This document shows, piece by piece, positions 24,754 through 33,995 of a stretch of DNA of 36,073 nucleotides. Under the pieces are notes generated by a model. The model was not told the origin of the DNA and made no database searches. It saw only the letters and a program-made list of their open reading frames with translations. The number at the start of each line of letters is the position of its first letter. Position 1 is the stretch's first letter. This DNA is from a virus: positions 1 to 36,073 of the IMG/VR virus record IMGVR_UViG_3300045988_182789, one strand, 5' to 3'. Both the position numbers and the translations under genes were made by a program.

Positions 24754-26762
24754 TACACCTCCGTACCTGTACTTGCATTTTTACCCTCTTGCATGGGAAT
24801 TTTCGCATTTTTACCCTGTTGCGTTGGGATATATTGTGTCGCTTTACCAGCGATAACACCTCGGTCTGCATTACGGCGATTTAATACTTCCGCCATAAGC
24901 TTAGCATCGCGCGTTACTTCTTTTCCCTTTTTATCCATGACCTTAAGTGCACTGTTTTGCGCTAATATTTTCGTTGCCGATTCTATCTTTATGGCATCGA
25001 GTTGCTTTTGCATTTCGTCAAACCTTGAAATAAGCAAGACTGCTTTTTGTACAGTTGACTGCTGCTCCCGCATATATTCAATAAGCTGCTGTATCTGTTT
25101 CTTAGTTTTTTCAAGCTCTATATTTTGCTGCTGAAATTGTGACTTTAACATTGCAGTTTCGCTCTGCTGCTTTTCCGCAATTTTTTGTTTAAGAGTAGAT
25201 TTGAAGGGCATAGCCGTATCCGGATAAAGTTCGATATAAGTCGAAAAATCTATAAGTCCGGCAGACATAAGTCTTTCAAGAATATTAGCGCTTATTGCTT
25301 CGCTCCATTTACTTCCGGCTCCAGCCTCTACCTTTACCGAAAATTCAAAGTTCTGTATCTCCGCGCCATTAAAAATATCCTCATGCCACTCATCTTCTTC
25401 AAGATAACTATACGGTTTATTTTCATAGTACAGCTTATAAAACTGTTCGACTATCTTTCCTCCTCTTTCACACGTCCGCCAAAATGTTTCTTTAAGGTCG
25501 TCTATTGGTTTAAGCGCTTGCGCCTGAAGCTGCGCTATAGCTTCGCCTGATTGATTGGCTCCCATTACCTCGCCGGCAACCGTTTCGCTTGCTCCTGTTA
25601 CAATTCTCGTCGTCTGAGCTAAGGTATCGGCTATTTTAAGCGCCGTATCCGATATAGGTTGTCCCTGCATCTGTTTTATGCCGTTACCAGCCACATTGCC
25701 AGGACTGTAATCAATCAAAACCTGTCCCGGAATGTTTGTTATTACCTGCCCGCGCAATGCCCCTTCAGACACGATATACTTTCCCCAAGCAGTATTTTGC
25801 GCCGCCAACGCATGCATACTTGACATCAAATTTATTATTTTCTGATTGGGAATTATACCCTCCACCTCGGAGAGTCCGTAAATACATTTTTCGCGTTTCT
25901 CATACCTATATGCTAATACCGGATAAAGCCTCGCTTTATATTCAAAAACCATAGCTTTTTCTGATTTGTCCGGACTGCTACTCTCCGCCTCGTCCAATCT
26001 ATAGCTGTCATTTTCCAAACTCTCGATTGAAGGAGTCAACGCTCGCGGTTTATGCAGCATAATTGATTTAGTCGCGCGTTCATAATAAACTTCGCCGCCC
26101 TTGCGAAAATATCTTGTATAAACAGTTACCAAATCGCCGTCCGCCTGTTCCTTTTCGTCATAATCGTTATTATCACGATTATCCGGAATAATATCGTCTT
26201 TATTTACAGATTTGTCCGCCATAGACTTTACGGCATCAACGTCAATACGAGAGACAATGATGATCCATTTCTGCTTTTGCTCATCAGTTTCTGTAGGATT
26301 GGAAAAATATATATTCAGCGGATCTATAATTTCAGCGCGAACGCCACCCTTATATTCTCCGATTTCACCCACAGCGTCCGCGTCCCAGTAATAATGCAAA
26401 AAACCGCTTCCTTTAACTATTCCGCTTTCAACAAGATCCTCACGCAATCTTTGCATATCCATTTCCGCTTCCATTGCATCATTAAATCGAGTCAGTTTAT
26501 TAGCATATTCAGAGTTTTTTGAGCATGTAAAAGCCAGCTTTACGTTGCTTGATAAAATCCCGGCTTTTTTATTCCTTACTATAAGCCTTACATAATTAGT
26601 CACCGGTCGCGGGATAGCAAGCGTATTTTCCGTTTTTTCCGCCCACTGCTTCCCTTCATAAAAACGTACATTTTCAGAAACAGTTTCAACAATTCGCATG
26701 CTTTGCTGATATGCCCGGCCGCTACTGTAATCTTTATAAAGTTTCGTTACTTTTTCGTCCAT
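24753..26762 (-). CDS. Portal protein (669 aa)
   Basis: Size, position after terL, and the N-terminal RFYEGKQW-type motif common in portal proteins. Confidence 0.8.
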   Translation of the reverse strand: MDEKVTKLYKDYSSGRAYQQSMRIVETVSENVRFYEGKQWAEKTENTLAIPRPVTNYVRLIVRNKKAGILSSNVKLAFTCSKNSEYANKLTRFNDAMEAEMDMQRLREDLVESGIVKGSGFLHYYWDADAVGEIGEYKGGVRAEIIDPLNIYFSNPTETDEQKQKWIIIVSRIDVDAVKSMADKSVNKDDIIPDNRDNNDYDEKEQADGDLVTVYTRYFRKGGEVYYERATKSIMLHKPRALTPSIESLENDSYRLDEAESSSPDKSEKAMVFEYKARLYPVLAYRYEKREKCIYGLSEVEGIIPNQKIINLMSSMHALAAQNTAWGKYIVSEGALRGQVITNIPGQVLIDYSPGNVAGNGIKQMQGQPISDTALKIADTLAQTTRIVTGASETVAGEVMGANQSGEAIAQLQAQALKPIDDLKETFWRTCERGGKIVEQFYKLYYENKPYSYLEEDEWHEDIFNGAEIQNFEFSVKVEAGAGSKWSEAISANILERLMSAGLIDFSTYIELYPDTAMPFKSTLKQKIAEKQQSETAMLKSQFQQQNIELEKTKKQIQQLIEYMREQQSTVQKAVLLISRFDEMQKQLDAIKIESATKILAQNSALKVMDKKGKEVTRDAKLMAEVLNRRNADRGVIAGKATQYIPTQQGKNAKIPMQEGKNASTGTEV

Positions 26763-26932
26763 TATTTGCCCCTATTTTCACCATATAACAGCTCTAACAA
26801 TAGTTCTTCTCCACTCGGCTTTTGTAGTTCATTGCCCTTATCGGTATTCAACTCCTTAATTGTTTTTTCCAGCGCGGCAACACGTGCGTTTAATTTCAAT
26901 AAATCATCGCTTATCTTCTTTTTATTTTTCAT
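26762..26932 (-). CDS. Small coiled-coil protein (56 aa) between terL and portal
   Basis: MKNKKKISDDLLKLNARVAALEKTIKEL...; its stop overlaps the portal ATG. Hand-translated, below the track cut-off. Confidence 0.45.
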   Translation of the reverse strand: MKNKKKISDDLLKLNARVAALEKTIKELNTDKGNELQKPSGEELLLELLYGENRGK

Positions 26933-26940
26933 TTTTACTC

Positions 26941-28287
26941 CTAAAATTTCATAAAATCAAAACCATGATTTTGTTTTTCCCCGTCCAATTCCCACGGTAG
27001 CTTATGCTCCTCTAACAATATTTTTTTAACAGCAGGATATGTCCAATAAATAGCAAAATATCTAAGCGAATCCGGAGCATGCGTTATTTCGTGAGGTTCA
27101 TGAGCTGTGTCTGTAGGCCGCTTATCATCGTACTGCAATGCCGGTAAATCTGAAATCAACTTTGTGCAATTACGGAAAATTTTAAGACGAGGCTGACCGT
27201 CATTCCTGATCTTTAATAATTCTTTAATTGCAAGCCACCCGGCCTCTCTGTCATTATTGCTTTTCTCTAATCTTAAACCGGCTTCATCAAACAATACCGC
27301 CTTGCTTTTACCGGTTTCCTGACTGCGGTTCCATAGATCAGGCGGCGCAAGCGTACACCATACTTCTTCTTCGGTTCGCTCCAATATTTTTTCCGCCGCC
27401 GTAGAAATAGGTAAATCGCTTTGACAAAATTCACGGAATACATAAACGCTGTTACCGCTGTCACAAGCGATCCAGTAGCAAGCCAGCATATCCAAACCGT
27501 AATCCAAAGTTCGATAAATTTTCCAATTCTGTGGAATTGGAAACGGATCGCAAGTGTGCACTTCATACTTAAACTCTCCGAAATACTGTCCTTCAAATAT
27601 GTCCCAATCTCCATAGAGAAACGCTTTTTTCTGCGCATCAGGTAAATTTTCCAAACGTCTGACATACGCCGGATCGTTTTTCATCAGTATTTCATTGTCA
27701 TATACTTGGGCAGGAATAAAAGCAATAATATTGCCGGTTACGCAATCACGATATTGTTTTGCACCGTGCCCCGTAGCCTCTATATATCTTTTTTTCACCC
27801 AAGTATGACCTTTCCCTCCGGGATTACATGTTCCTCTGAACAACGGTTTAAATCCTTTAGGCGAGCGTAAACACGACAACAGCACCTGTACCGCTTTTTC
27901 ACTATGCTTTGTTAACTCATCTATTCCTATAAAATCTATACTTCTCCCTTGATAGCCGTCCGCATCTTCATCGTTTGATATATATCTAAATAAAACCCTG
28001 GAGCCATTTCTAAGACTTGCAATATGTTTGCTTTCACTGTACTCATATAATTCCTTAGGTACTTTCTGTTTCCATTCCTGAACAAGATTCGCTTCTAAGT
28101 CATCATAAGTTTCACGAAATAAATATGCGGTAGCGCCCTTATTTTCAAGACAATACGCTAAGCATTCCATTACAAGAGCACAACTTTTACCGCCGCCTTT
28201 ACTTCCGCCGTATACTACTTCATCCGCCGCGCATGAATGAAATATTTTTTGTTTCTTATTGGGCGTGTACGCTATCCTGATTTGCAA
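26941..28287 (-). CDS. terL: Terminase large subunit (448 aa)
   Basis: Walker A YGGSKGGGKS, Walker B-like IDFIGIDE, C-terminal nuclease-type region. Confidence 0.9.
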   Translation of the reverse strand: MQIRIAYTPNKKQKIFHSCAADEVVYGGSKGGGKSCALVMECLAYCLENKGATAYLFRETYDDLEANLVQEWKQKVPKELYEYSESKHIASLRNGSRVLFRYISNDEDADGYQGRSIDFIGIDELTKHSEKAVQVLLSCLRSPKGFKPLFRGTCNPGGKGHTWVKKRYIEATGHGAKQYRDCVTGNIIAFIPAQVYDNEILMKNDPAYVRRLENLPDAQKKAFLYGDWDIFEGQYFGEFKYEVHTCDPFPIPQNWKIYRTLDYGLDMLACYWIACDSGNSVYVFREFCQSDLPISTAAEKILERTEEEVWCTLAPPDLWNRSQETGKSKAVLFDEAGLRLEKSNNDREAGWLAIKELLKIRNDGQPRLKIFRNCTKLISDLPALQYDDKRPTDTAHEPHEITHAPDSLRYFAIYWTYPAVKKILLEEHKLPWELDGEKQNHGFDFMKF

Positions 28288-28657
28288 TTTTATTACCGTC
28301 CTTTTTCGTCCGCACTTTCTTCGGACGCGGAATATCGAATATTACCTCTATGTTCCCATCTAATTGCACCTTATCAGTCGGTTTTTCTCCTATTAAATCT
28401 CGTAAGCTGTTTATTGCAGATATATCGCCCGCAGAAGCTTTCAGAAATAACGCTGCGGCTACAGCTTCAAAACCATTCTCCTGCTCTCCTGTATCAGGAT
28501 TATTCCTCACAACTTCTAATATTGCAAGAGCAGCCTCTTTCAATGATTTTTTACGTCTTCTCGATTCTGCCGACGCTTTACCACCTTTTCTGCCCTGTTC
28601 TCGGGCTTCGCTCGGGCTTAATTGTTTTAAATTCTGTTGATTAGCCAAATTTTTCAC
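28256..28657 (-). CDS. Putative terminase small subunit / DNA-binding protein (~130 aa)
   Basis: Basic N-terminus REQGRKGGKASAESRRRKK; overlaps the terL start. The true start may be TTG 28648, which lies 8 nt after AAGGAG. Confidence 0.45.
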   Translation of the reverse strand: MKNLANQQNLKQLSPSEAREQGRKGGKASAESRRRKKSLKEAALAILEVVRNNPDTGEQENGFEAVAAALFLKASAGDISAINSLRDLIGEKPTDKVQLDGNIEVIFDIPRPKKVRTKKDGNKIANQDSVHAQ

Positions 28658-28674
28658 TCCTTTACCTTATATTG

Positions 28675-28706
28675 AAAAAACGCGATCTATTTAATATGAT
28701 CACGTT
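28675..28706 (-). terminator. Intrinsic terminator in the leader of the late (terminase) operon
   Basis: Minus-strand RNA AACGUGAUC...GAUCGCGUU (9-bp stem with one G-U pair) followed by UUUUUU. It ends ~12 nt before the terS ribosome-binding site. Confidence 0.55.
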
Positions 28707-28748
28707 TCTTCACCAGGAGATAAGACATGCTACAATTTTTACAATATC

Positions 28749-28757
28749 ATTATAACA
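28749..28757 (-). promoter_or_regulatory. Extended -10 promoter element (TGTTATAAT) upstream of the late leader
   Basis: Minus strand reads CATGTGTTATAATG. No good -35, as expected for an activator-dependent or extended -10 promoter. Confidence 0.45.
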
Positions 28758-28783
28758 CATGAAAAAGTAATAAAAGTAACAAC

Positions 28784-29206
28784 TTATATTTTATTAGCTA
28801 TTTTCTCTAAAGCCTTGCGTTTTAAATATTTAATATGTCCTTCACTGTAATGCAATTCTCGCGCAAGCCGTTTATGAGATTTATCCCGCATATAATATCC
28901 TACAATAATATCATGTTCTGTCTCCGTCAATAAATGTACCGCTTCATTTAGCTTATCTTCTTCATACATAATTTCGTCCAATAGCTTTTCTAAACGTAGT
29001 TGTTGCTTTTCCATAAGCAATAATATACGTTCTTCAATACTATTTAACTTACCTCCATCAACTTGCTCCATTCCATCTAAACCAGACTTCAACGATAATG
29101 CCGCTTTATTATTCTTACACTCATTTATATCTGCAACTATATCGCGCGCCTTGTTTTTCAAATATCGTATACGCTTTAATTTTTCTTTTGCCTCTTCAAA
29201 CGTCAT
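28784..29206 (-). CDS. ArpU/RinA-like late transcription regulator (140 aa, sigma region-4-like C-terminus)
   Basis: C-terminal ETEHDIIVGYYMRDKSHKRLARELHYSEGHIKYLKRKALEKI; located directly upstream of the terminase genes. Start taken at ATG 29206 (AAGGGGGA ribosome-binding site) rather than TTG 29233. Confidence 0.65.
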   Translation of the reverse strand: MTFEEAKEKLKRIRYLKNKARDIVADINECKNNKAALSLKSGLDGMEQVDGGKLNSIEERILLLMEKQQLRLEKLLDEIMYEEDKLNEAVHLLTETEHDIIVGYYMRDKSHKRLARELHYSEGHIKYLKRKALEKIANKI

Positions 29207-29216
29207 AGTATCCCCC

Positions 29217-29309
29217 TTAGTCTCTGTCGTCAAAATGCGCTATGACATAGGCTATCGCTATCGGGATTATAAATATCCCTGCAAAAAGTATGTATTGCCA
29301 TAGCTTCAT
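29217..29309 (-). CDS. 30-aa single-pass membrane peptide (MKLWQYILFAGIFIIPIAIAYVIAHFDDRD)
   Basis: ATGA overlap with the upstream stop. Hand-translated; very short. Confidence 0.25.
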   Translation of the reverse strand: MKLWQYILFAGIFIIPIAIAYVIAHFDDRD

Positions 29310-29515
29310 TTTTCAATCTCCACTCCGAATCTCTCTACAATTTCCTTTGCTATGCTTCCGTCAATATACGGCTCAAATTCACCCGTCATCAGCTCGTATA
29401 TCTCAAGCGCCGTTCCCTTTGCGATTTCATTCAAAATATTTGTAAGACGTTTCAGATCAACTTCGCTGTAACAGCGCGCAAATTCTTCTAAAATGTCTCT
29501 CGCTTTTTCCCTCAT
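29306..29515 (-). CDS. Hypothetical protein (69 aa)
   Basis: ORF in the operon, overlapping start/stop with its neighbours. Confidence 0.55.
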   Translation of the reverse strand: MREKARDILEEFARCYSEVDLKRLTNILNEIAKGTALEIYELMTGEFEPYIDGSIAKEIVERFGVEIEK

Positions 29516-29772
29516 CCCAAATACTCCTTTACAAGTTTTTCAATAGCGCTTACAGTAACTGCCATACCGCAAGTATACATATCGCTACTTTCTACCGCTT
29601 CCGATTCCAGCCTTTTTGCAAACTCTTTTATCGCTTCTCGCTTTACCTCATCCCCCTTTTGGTATCCTGCTGCATAAAGAGCTTCGGCTATATCTTTCTC
29701 CCCCGTATCATACACCCAATATAACTCATTGATTATTTTTGTCATCTCTTCTATCTGTTGCTTTTTGTTCAT
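29512..29772 (-). CDS. Hypothetical protein (86 aa)
   Basis: ORF in the operon; AGAGGGG ribosome-binding site. Confidence 0.55.
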   Translation of the reverse strand: MNKKQQIEEMTKIINELYWVYDTGEKDIAEALYAAGYQKGDEVKREAIKEFAKRLESEAVESSDMYTCGMAVTVSAIEKLVKEYLG

Positions 29773-29920
29773 TTCTTCGCCCCTCTTTGAATACTCTTGC
29801 CCAGTCTATAGGCTTGTCCTCTATATAATGCGCTTTCTTACATCCCGGGCATACTCTCTTTTCCGTCATCATAAACGGCGTTACCGTGTAACCTAGCTCT
29901 TCTCCGCACTCGCATTTCAT
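29726..29920 (-). CDS. Small zinc-ribbon protein (64 aa)
   Basis: CxC...CxxC pattern (MKCECG ... CPGCKK). Confidence 0.5.
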   Translation of the reverse strand: MKCECGEELGYTVTPFMMTEKRVCPGCKKAHYIEDKPIDWARVFKEGRRNEQKATDRRDDKNNQ

Positions 29921-29929
29921 ATTTGCTCC

Positions 29930-30355
29930 TTAAAACGGCAAATCGTCGTCAGCTACCGATATAGGTTTCAGAGTATCGAGAGATACTCCTTCCTTCTGCG
30001 GCTTGTACGCTGCCTCTCCGGGCTTGTCCTCCGACACCTGTTTATTCCCCAAAAATTCAGCTTCCTGCACTAATATCTCCGTTACAGTGCGCTTAGCCCC
30101 TGCCTTATCCTCATAACTGCGGTTTTGAAGCTCGCCCACTATCGCTATCCGATCGCCTTTCCTGACGTACTTTACTATCGCTTCGGCAAGTCCGCGCCAT
30201 GCTGTGCAGTTGAAAAAATCCGTCTGTTTGTCCCCGTTTGAATCTGCATAATCTCGCGTTACCGCAATGCTGAATCTCGTCAGCCTTATCCCTCCGCTTG
30301 TCGTATATATCTCCGCGTCCTTCGTCATCCGTCCTATTATTATACTCTTATTCAT
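29930..30355 (-). CDS. ssb: Single-stranded DNA-binding protein (141 aa)
   Basis: OB-fold pattern IIIGRMTKDAE...TDFFNCTAWRGLAE...VGELQNRSYEDK and the acidic C-terminal tip DDDLPF. Confidence 0.92.
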   Translation of the reverse strand: MNKSIIIGRMTKDAEIYTTSGGIRLTRFSIAVTRDYADSNGDKQTDFFNCTAWRGLAEAIVKYVRKGDRIAIVGELQNRSYEDKAGAKRTVTEILVQEAEFLGNKQVSEDKPGEAAYKPQKEGVSLDTLKPISVADDDLPF

Positions 30356-30379
30356 TTCTATCTCCTTTTTTATAATCCA

Positions 30380-31213
30380 TTACAGGTCCTCATAATTAAG
30401 ACTGTCAAACTTGGCGTTCAGCGCCTCCGTAGTATATGTTTTTACGCTCTTGTTCTGTACCTTGCTTAACTCCTTCGCTTTGTCCTCTTTATTCCACTTA
30501 AGTATTGTTGCTTTAACGTTAAACGTCGCTGTCGGTTTCTTTTCTAAAAAGGCGGCTACGCGCTCTAAATAATAGTCGGCGGCGTCTTGACCTATTGTCG
30601 CGCATATGCTTGTATATTCCTCTTCAGTCAATAAATTGCTACCGCCATCCTTTCCTTTACTTTTCTCTTCTTTACTTTCCTTTACTTTCCTTTGGGGATT
30701 ATTCGGTCGATTTACCCCTTTTGTCGGTCGATTATCTTCGTTTTTCGTCTGACTAACCTTTGAAAGATAATAAAAATGCTTTTCGGACAGATCTTTCATT
30801 TCCGAAAGAGACAACATCCAAATCGAATCGTCTATTACGACTGACTTGCGCTCTACGGTCGCTGAGTAATAGACAGCTTGTGAGCGTTTCGAGGTTATAT
30901 TTTCGGGATAGCGGTCGCCGCTAAATAGTTCACACGCCACTAGCTCCTCAATAATCTCTGCAATCGTGTTTGCGTCAGGCTGATACTTACCCTGCAATAT
31001 ATCCATCACGTACCAGATACAATCCTCTTTCTGCGATGATGTTTTATACGGTATGTAATAGCCTTTTTCCGAATACAATAACGTCAGTAATGCTATATAT
31101 ACTTCCGTCGCTAAGTATCCGTACTTCATTTTCGGTCTGCGCAATTTCTTATCTTTCTGTAAGGCTACGTCGAAGGGGAAATAATCCAATCCCTCTTTCT
31201 GCGGCCTCGACAT
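30380..31213 (-). CDS. Replisome organiser, DUF4373 (Lin1244/Lin1753-like) N-terminus with a DnaD-like C-terminus (277 aa)
   Basis: The N-terminal GLDYFPFDV motif is typical of this phage replication family. Confidence 0.7.
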   Translation of the reverse strand: MSRPQKEGLDYFPFDVALQKDKKLRRPKMKYGYLATEVYIALLTLLYSEKGYYIPYKTSSQKEDCIWYVMDILQGKYQPDANTIAEIIEELVACELFSGDRYPENITSKRSQAVYYSATVERKSVVIDDSIWMLSLSEMKDLSEKHFYYLSKVSQTKNEDNRPTKGVNRPNNPQRKVKESKEEKSKGKDGGSNLLTEEEYTSICATIGQDAADYYLERVAAFLEKKPTATFNVKATILKWNKEDKAKELSKVQNKSVKTYTTEALNAKFDSLNYEDL

Positions 31214-31215
31214 TT

Positions 31216-31545
31216 TTATTTATGCCCCTCCTTTGGTTCTATACCCAGCACCTGCGCCAGCGGAGTATTCCTTTTCAGGATTTCGTCCGCTCGTTTTCTG
31301 TTCTCGTTATACGCGTGCCTTGCCGCTCGTATATCCTCCGGCGAACCCCTGTTTGCTATCCTGTACCCTCTTTCGTTCGATACCGATATTACCGGACACT
31401 TCAGCGCTACCTCGTGCAGCATATCCCTCGCCGTCCTTTCATTCGTCCCAAACATACTCATCACCTCCTCCTTCGTCACCTTTTTTATTCTCATTACTCG
31501 CACCAGCTTATTCAGTTTTGCGCAATTCTCTTCGTTATGTATCAT
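31216..31545 (-). CDS. Winged-helix DNA-binding protein (109 aa)
   Basis: The pattern SMFGTNERTARDMLHEV...PVISVSNERGYRI resembles HTH_11/DeoR-type winged-helix domains. Confidence 0.45.
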   Translation of the reverse strand: MIHNEENCAKLNKLVRVMRIKKVTKEEVMSMFGTNERTARDMLHEVALKCPVISVSNERGYRIANRGSPEDIRAARHAYNENRKRADEILKRNTPLAQVLGIEPKEGHK

Positions 31546-32222
31546 TCCGCGGCCTCCTTGTTTTTTGCCTTAAGTCGCCACTTTCCGCAAAGCTCCTTAT
31601 CCAGCTTAACTGCCTGTAAATGGTACTTTTCCAAAAACTCGCTCTTGCCGGACGTATGCGCTTCCGTATGGTGCTCGCGGCATAGCGGCAGCGCTCTCAT
31701 CCCCTCGTGCTCTATTTCCGTTCTGTCTCTGCCCATGCCCACCGCGTCCACGTGATGCAGCTCCGCTTTTCTTCCGCACACCGCGCAACTTTTGTGCATA
31801 AGACAGGAATATACATATTTTTCCACGTCCTCGCACAGCTCTCTCAGCGGTACCCGCGTCGGTATCTCATGCGCCAATATAAAGTCCGTCAGATATGTTA
31901 TAAAGTCCCTCGCCAGCGTCACATCGCAGTCGGATAAACTGAATATCCCCTCTGCCATTCCCTTTAACTCGTCATGTATGTATTTCAGCTTAAACAGTCT
32001 TTTTACATATTCCGGCATTTCTCCCATGTACTCCGTTATTTCCTCCAGCAGCGCATATGCTCTTCTTCTCTGCTCGTTCGTTATTCTCCGACTGTCCTGT
32101 AATACTATCCGACATTCCTTATATCCGCATCGCGCCAGCGCGGAGATATTTTCGTAATGCGCCCTTATTACCATTTCTCCGCGCTCGTCATAGTCCGTAA
32201 TTCTGCCGTCGATTATTTCCAT
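31542..32222 (-). CDS. Putative HNH-type nuclease (226 aa)
   Basis: CAVCGRKAELHHVDAVG...LPLCREHHTEAH (Cys pair plus HH...H..H); adjacent to the annealase, as in many phage recombination modules. Confidence 0.65.
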   Translation of the reverse strand: MEIIDGRITDYDERGEMVIRAHYENISALARCGYKECRIVLQDSRRITNEQRRRAYALLEEITEYMGEMPEYVKRLFKLKYIHDELKGMAEGIFSLSDCDVTLARDFITYLTDFILAHEIPTRVPLRELCEDVEKYVYSCLMHKSCAVCGRKAELHHVDAVGMGRDRTEIEHEGMRALPLCREHHTEAHTSGKSEFLEKYHLQAVKLDKELCGKWRLKAKNKEAAE

Positions 32223-32225
32223 TGC

Positions 32226-32951
32226 TTAGTCCTTAGCCGGCTTATACGCCTTTACCATTGCTATCAGATCGCTGTATTGCTGCTCCGTCAGCTCGTCATA
32301 GCTCTTTGCAGGTATTGCATTCATAAACATTATTATCCTGTCGTTGGGACACTTGCTCGCCAGCTGATGTTGTTTTACCGTCAGCTTCCTTGTGAGCGTA
32401 GGCGAAGTGTTTGGATTTTTATCCATTTGCGCAACTGCTTTACCGAAAACAATATTACCTTTATCATCGGATATTGTAACCGACACTATGCTCCTTCCGT
32501 CGTATTGAATATCTTGTACTGAATACCTAGCAAATGGATTTACAATTTCGTAACCTTTACCGCCTTGTTTTTGTTGCGTTTCTACTTTTAAAAATATAAA
32601 CGGCGCAGTATATAACTCTCTACCGATTCCCCATTTAGTGCCTGCTCTCTTAAATGCGTCGCTCGCTTCACCTTTCTTTTGGTTTCCATCGTTATCCTCG
32701 CGGCTCTCGACTCCGCAATCCCATTTCCATACCCATTCATTACGTTCTACGTTGTATATTCCTATTCCTGCATATAAATTACCTTTAATTTCTTTGTAAT
32801 CCGACTGCCAATTTTCCGCTCCGATTTCCGCATCAAGTTTTGCCATATCCACTCTTGCTGTTTTATATAAGAGTGCTACCGCGCCGTTTGCTCCCACCTG
32901 CTTAACTTTGACCTCTATATCGTCTTTTGTCAGCAATTCAAACTCTTTCAT
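32226..32951 (-). CDS. Rad52-family single-strand annealing protein (241 aa)
   Basis: GEASDAFKRAGTKWGIGRELY matches the conserved Rad52/Sak-type motif. Confidence 0.7.
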   Translation of the reverse strand: MKEFELLTKDDIEVKVKQVGANGAVALLYKTARVDMAKLDAEIGAENWQSDYKEIKGNLYAGIGIYNVERNEWVWKWDCGVESREDNDGNQKKGEASDAFKRAGTKWGIGRELYTAPFIFLKVETQQKQGGKGYEIVNPFARYSVQDIQYDGRSIVSVTISDDKGNIVFGKAVAQMDKNPNTSPTLTRKLTVKQHQLASKCPNDRIIMFMNAIPAKSYDELTEQQYSDLIAMVKAYKPAKD

Positions 32952-32957
32952 ATTCCG

Positions 32958-33464
32958 TCACCTTATTTGCAAGCTCGTGCTCTTTTCAAACCTTGCACCT
33001 TCAATTACTTTACCGAGCTTTAAGTCTTTAGCTATCTTTATTTTGTCAACTTCCTCTACGGCGGGTTTTGTACGCCAATATTCAGACGGCAAAAATTCTT
33101 CGTCAACTATAACCTTATCGCTCTTCCTAATCGTTAGACGGCATATTTCACCGTCTATCCGCTTATCACCAAAAGCCTCCATAGAGTGAATTATGTATTC
33201 TTTTAAGCGATCCGCTCTCGTTTGCACGGTTTTTGAACGTTCTGTAAGAAGCTTAGCACGCTCTTTAAGCCCTTCTGCTGCTGTTTCTATTTCTTCCACC
33301 GCCAAAGCTATATTTTCCAGCTTTTTTCTTCTGTCGAGTTTCAACTTATTAAGCGCTTCCGTTATATATTGCTTTTCACCGTTCTCATCCTCAAATGCTA
33401 TTACGCCGCTTTCGAGCATATCTATCATGTTTCTTATTTCTTCGTTAATTTCGTACATTTTCAT
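32958..33464 (-). CDS. Siphovirus Gp157-like protein (168 aa)
   Basis: N-terminal MYEINEEIRNMIDMLE, central coiled coil, RLKEYI...RLTIRKS pattern typical of the family. Confidence 0.65.
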   Translation of the reverse strand: MKMYEINEEIRNMIDMLESGVIAFEDENGEKQYITEALNKLKLDRRKKLENIALAVEEIETAAEGLKERAKLLTERSKTVQTRADRLKEYIIHSMEAFGDKRIDGEICRLTIRKSDKVIVDEEFLPSEYWRTKPAVEEVDKIKIAKDLKLGKVIEGARFEKSTSLQIR

Positions 33465-33473
33465 ATCTTCACC

Positions 33474-33728
33474 TCAAAAATATGTCAGTACGATGCAACG
33501 CCAATCTTCATCATATACTGCTTCGAGTATACTCTTACCGTCCTGCGTTTGAACGTCCATGTTTTCATCAAATTTAATTCGCTTCAATACGCTCGTCAGT
33601 TCATTCGCTAAGCGTCTTCCTCGCGCTACCCCGTCGCATTCTTGCTCGTGCGCTCTGCATGCGTCTTCAAAGAAAAACATATTGCCGCACTTTTCACAAG
33701 TATAAATCGTTTCTGTGGTGGTTTTCAT
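33474..33728 (-). CDS. Small zinc-finger protein (84 aa)
   Basis: CEKCGN...CRAHEQEC. Confidence 0.5.
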   Translation of the reverse strand: MKTTTETIYTCEKCGNMFFFEDACRAHEQECDGVARGRRLANELTSVLKRIKFDENMDVQTQDGKSILEAVYDEDWRCIVLTYF

Positions 33729-33744
33729 ATCTTTTTCTCCTTTT

Positions 33745-33782
33745 TTGTTTAAGAATTTTACAAAATAACTAGGCTCTTAAAC
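33745..33782 (-). promoter_or_regulatory. Conserved intergenic RNA hairpin, copy A
   Basis: Minus strand: GTTTAAGA...20 nt...TCTTAAAC. ~31/35 identical to 33996-34030. Confidence 0.4.
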
Positions 33783-33959
33783 TTTTATACGGTATCCCAT
33801 ATACATATTGCTGTTTTCTTCTACCGCCTCTTCACTTTCCTCTTCCTCGTCCATATATTCCACTTCCACTCCCAGCTTGTCCAATGCCGCGCATAATTCC
33901 GCTGCCGCGTCGAAATCCTTTACCTTTATTCTTTGTGTTTCCAATACTACTTCGTACAT
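33777..33959 (-). CDS. Small acidic hypothetical protein (60 aa)
   Basis: ORF with an AAAGGAG ribosome-binding site. Confidence 0.5.
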   Translation of the reverse strand: MYEVVLETQRIKVKDFDAAAELCAALDKLGVEVEYMDEEEESEEAVEENSNMYMGYRIKV

Positions 33960-33995
33960 ATCTCTAACTCCTTTTAAATAGTTTCGTTCTTCTTT

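Noticed and set aside
28256-28657. Calling this ORF a stress-type KGG-repeat protein rather than a terminase small subunit
   Set aside because: It has only one KGG-like basic stretch. Its position and its overlap with terL favour a small terminase or DNA-recognition role. Confidence is kept moderate.
30970-31755. 261-aa + strand ORF spanning three early genes in antisense (also 24580-25134, 23308-23742, 13828-14313)
   Set aside because: They overlap well-supported minus-strand genes (DnaD-like, HNH, portal/scaffold, capsid), have low-complexity composition and lack translation signals.
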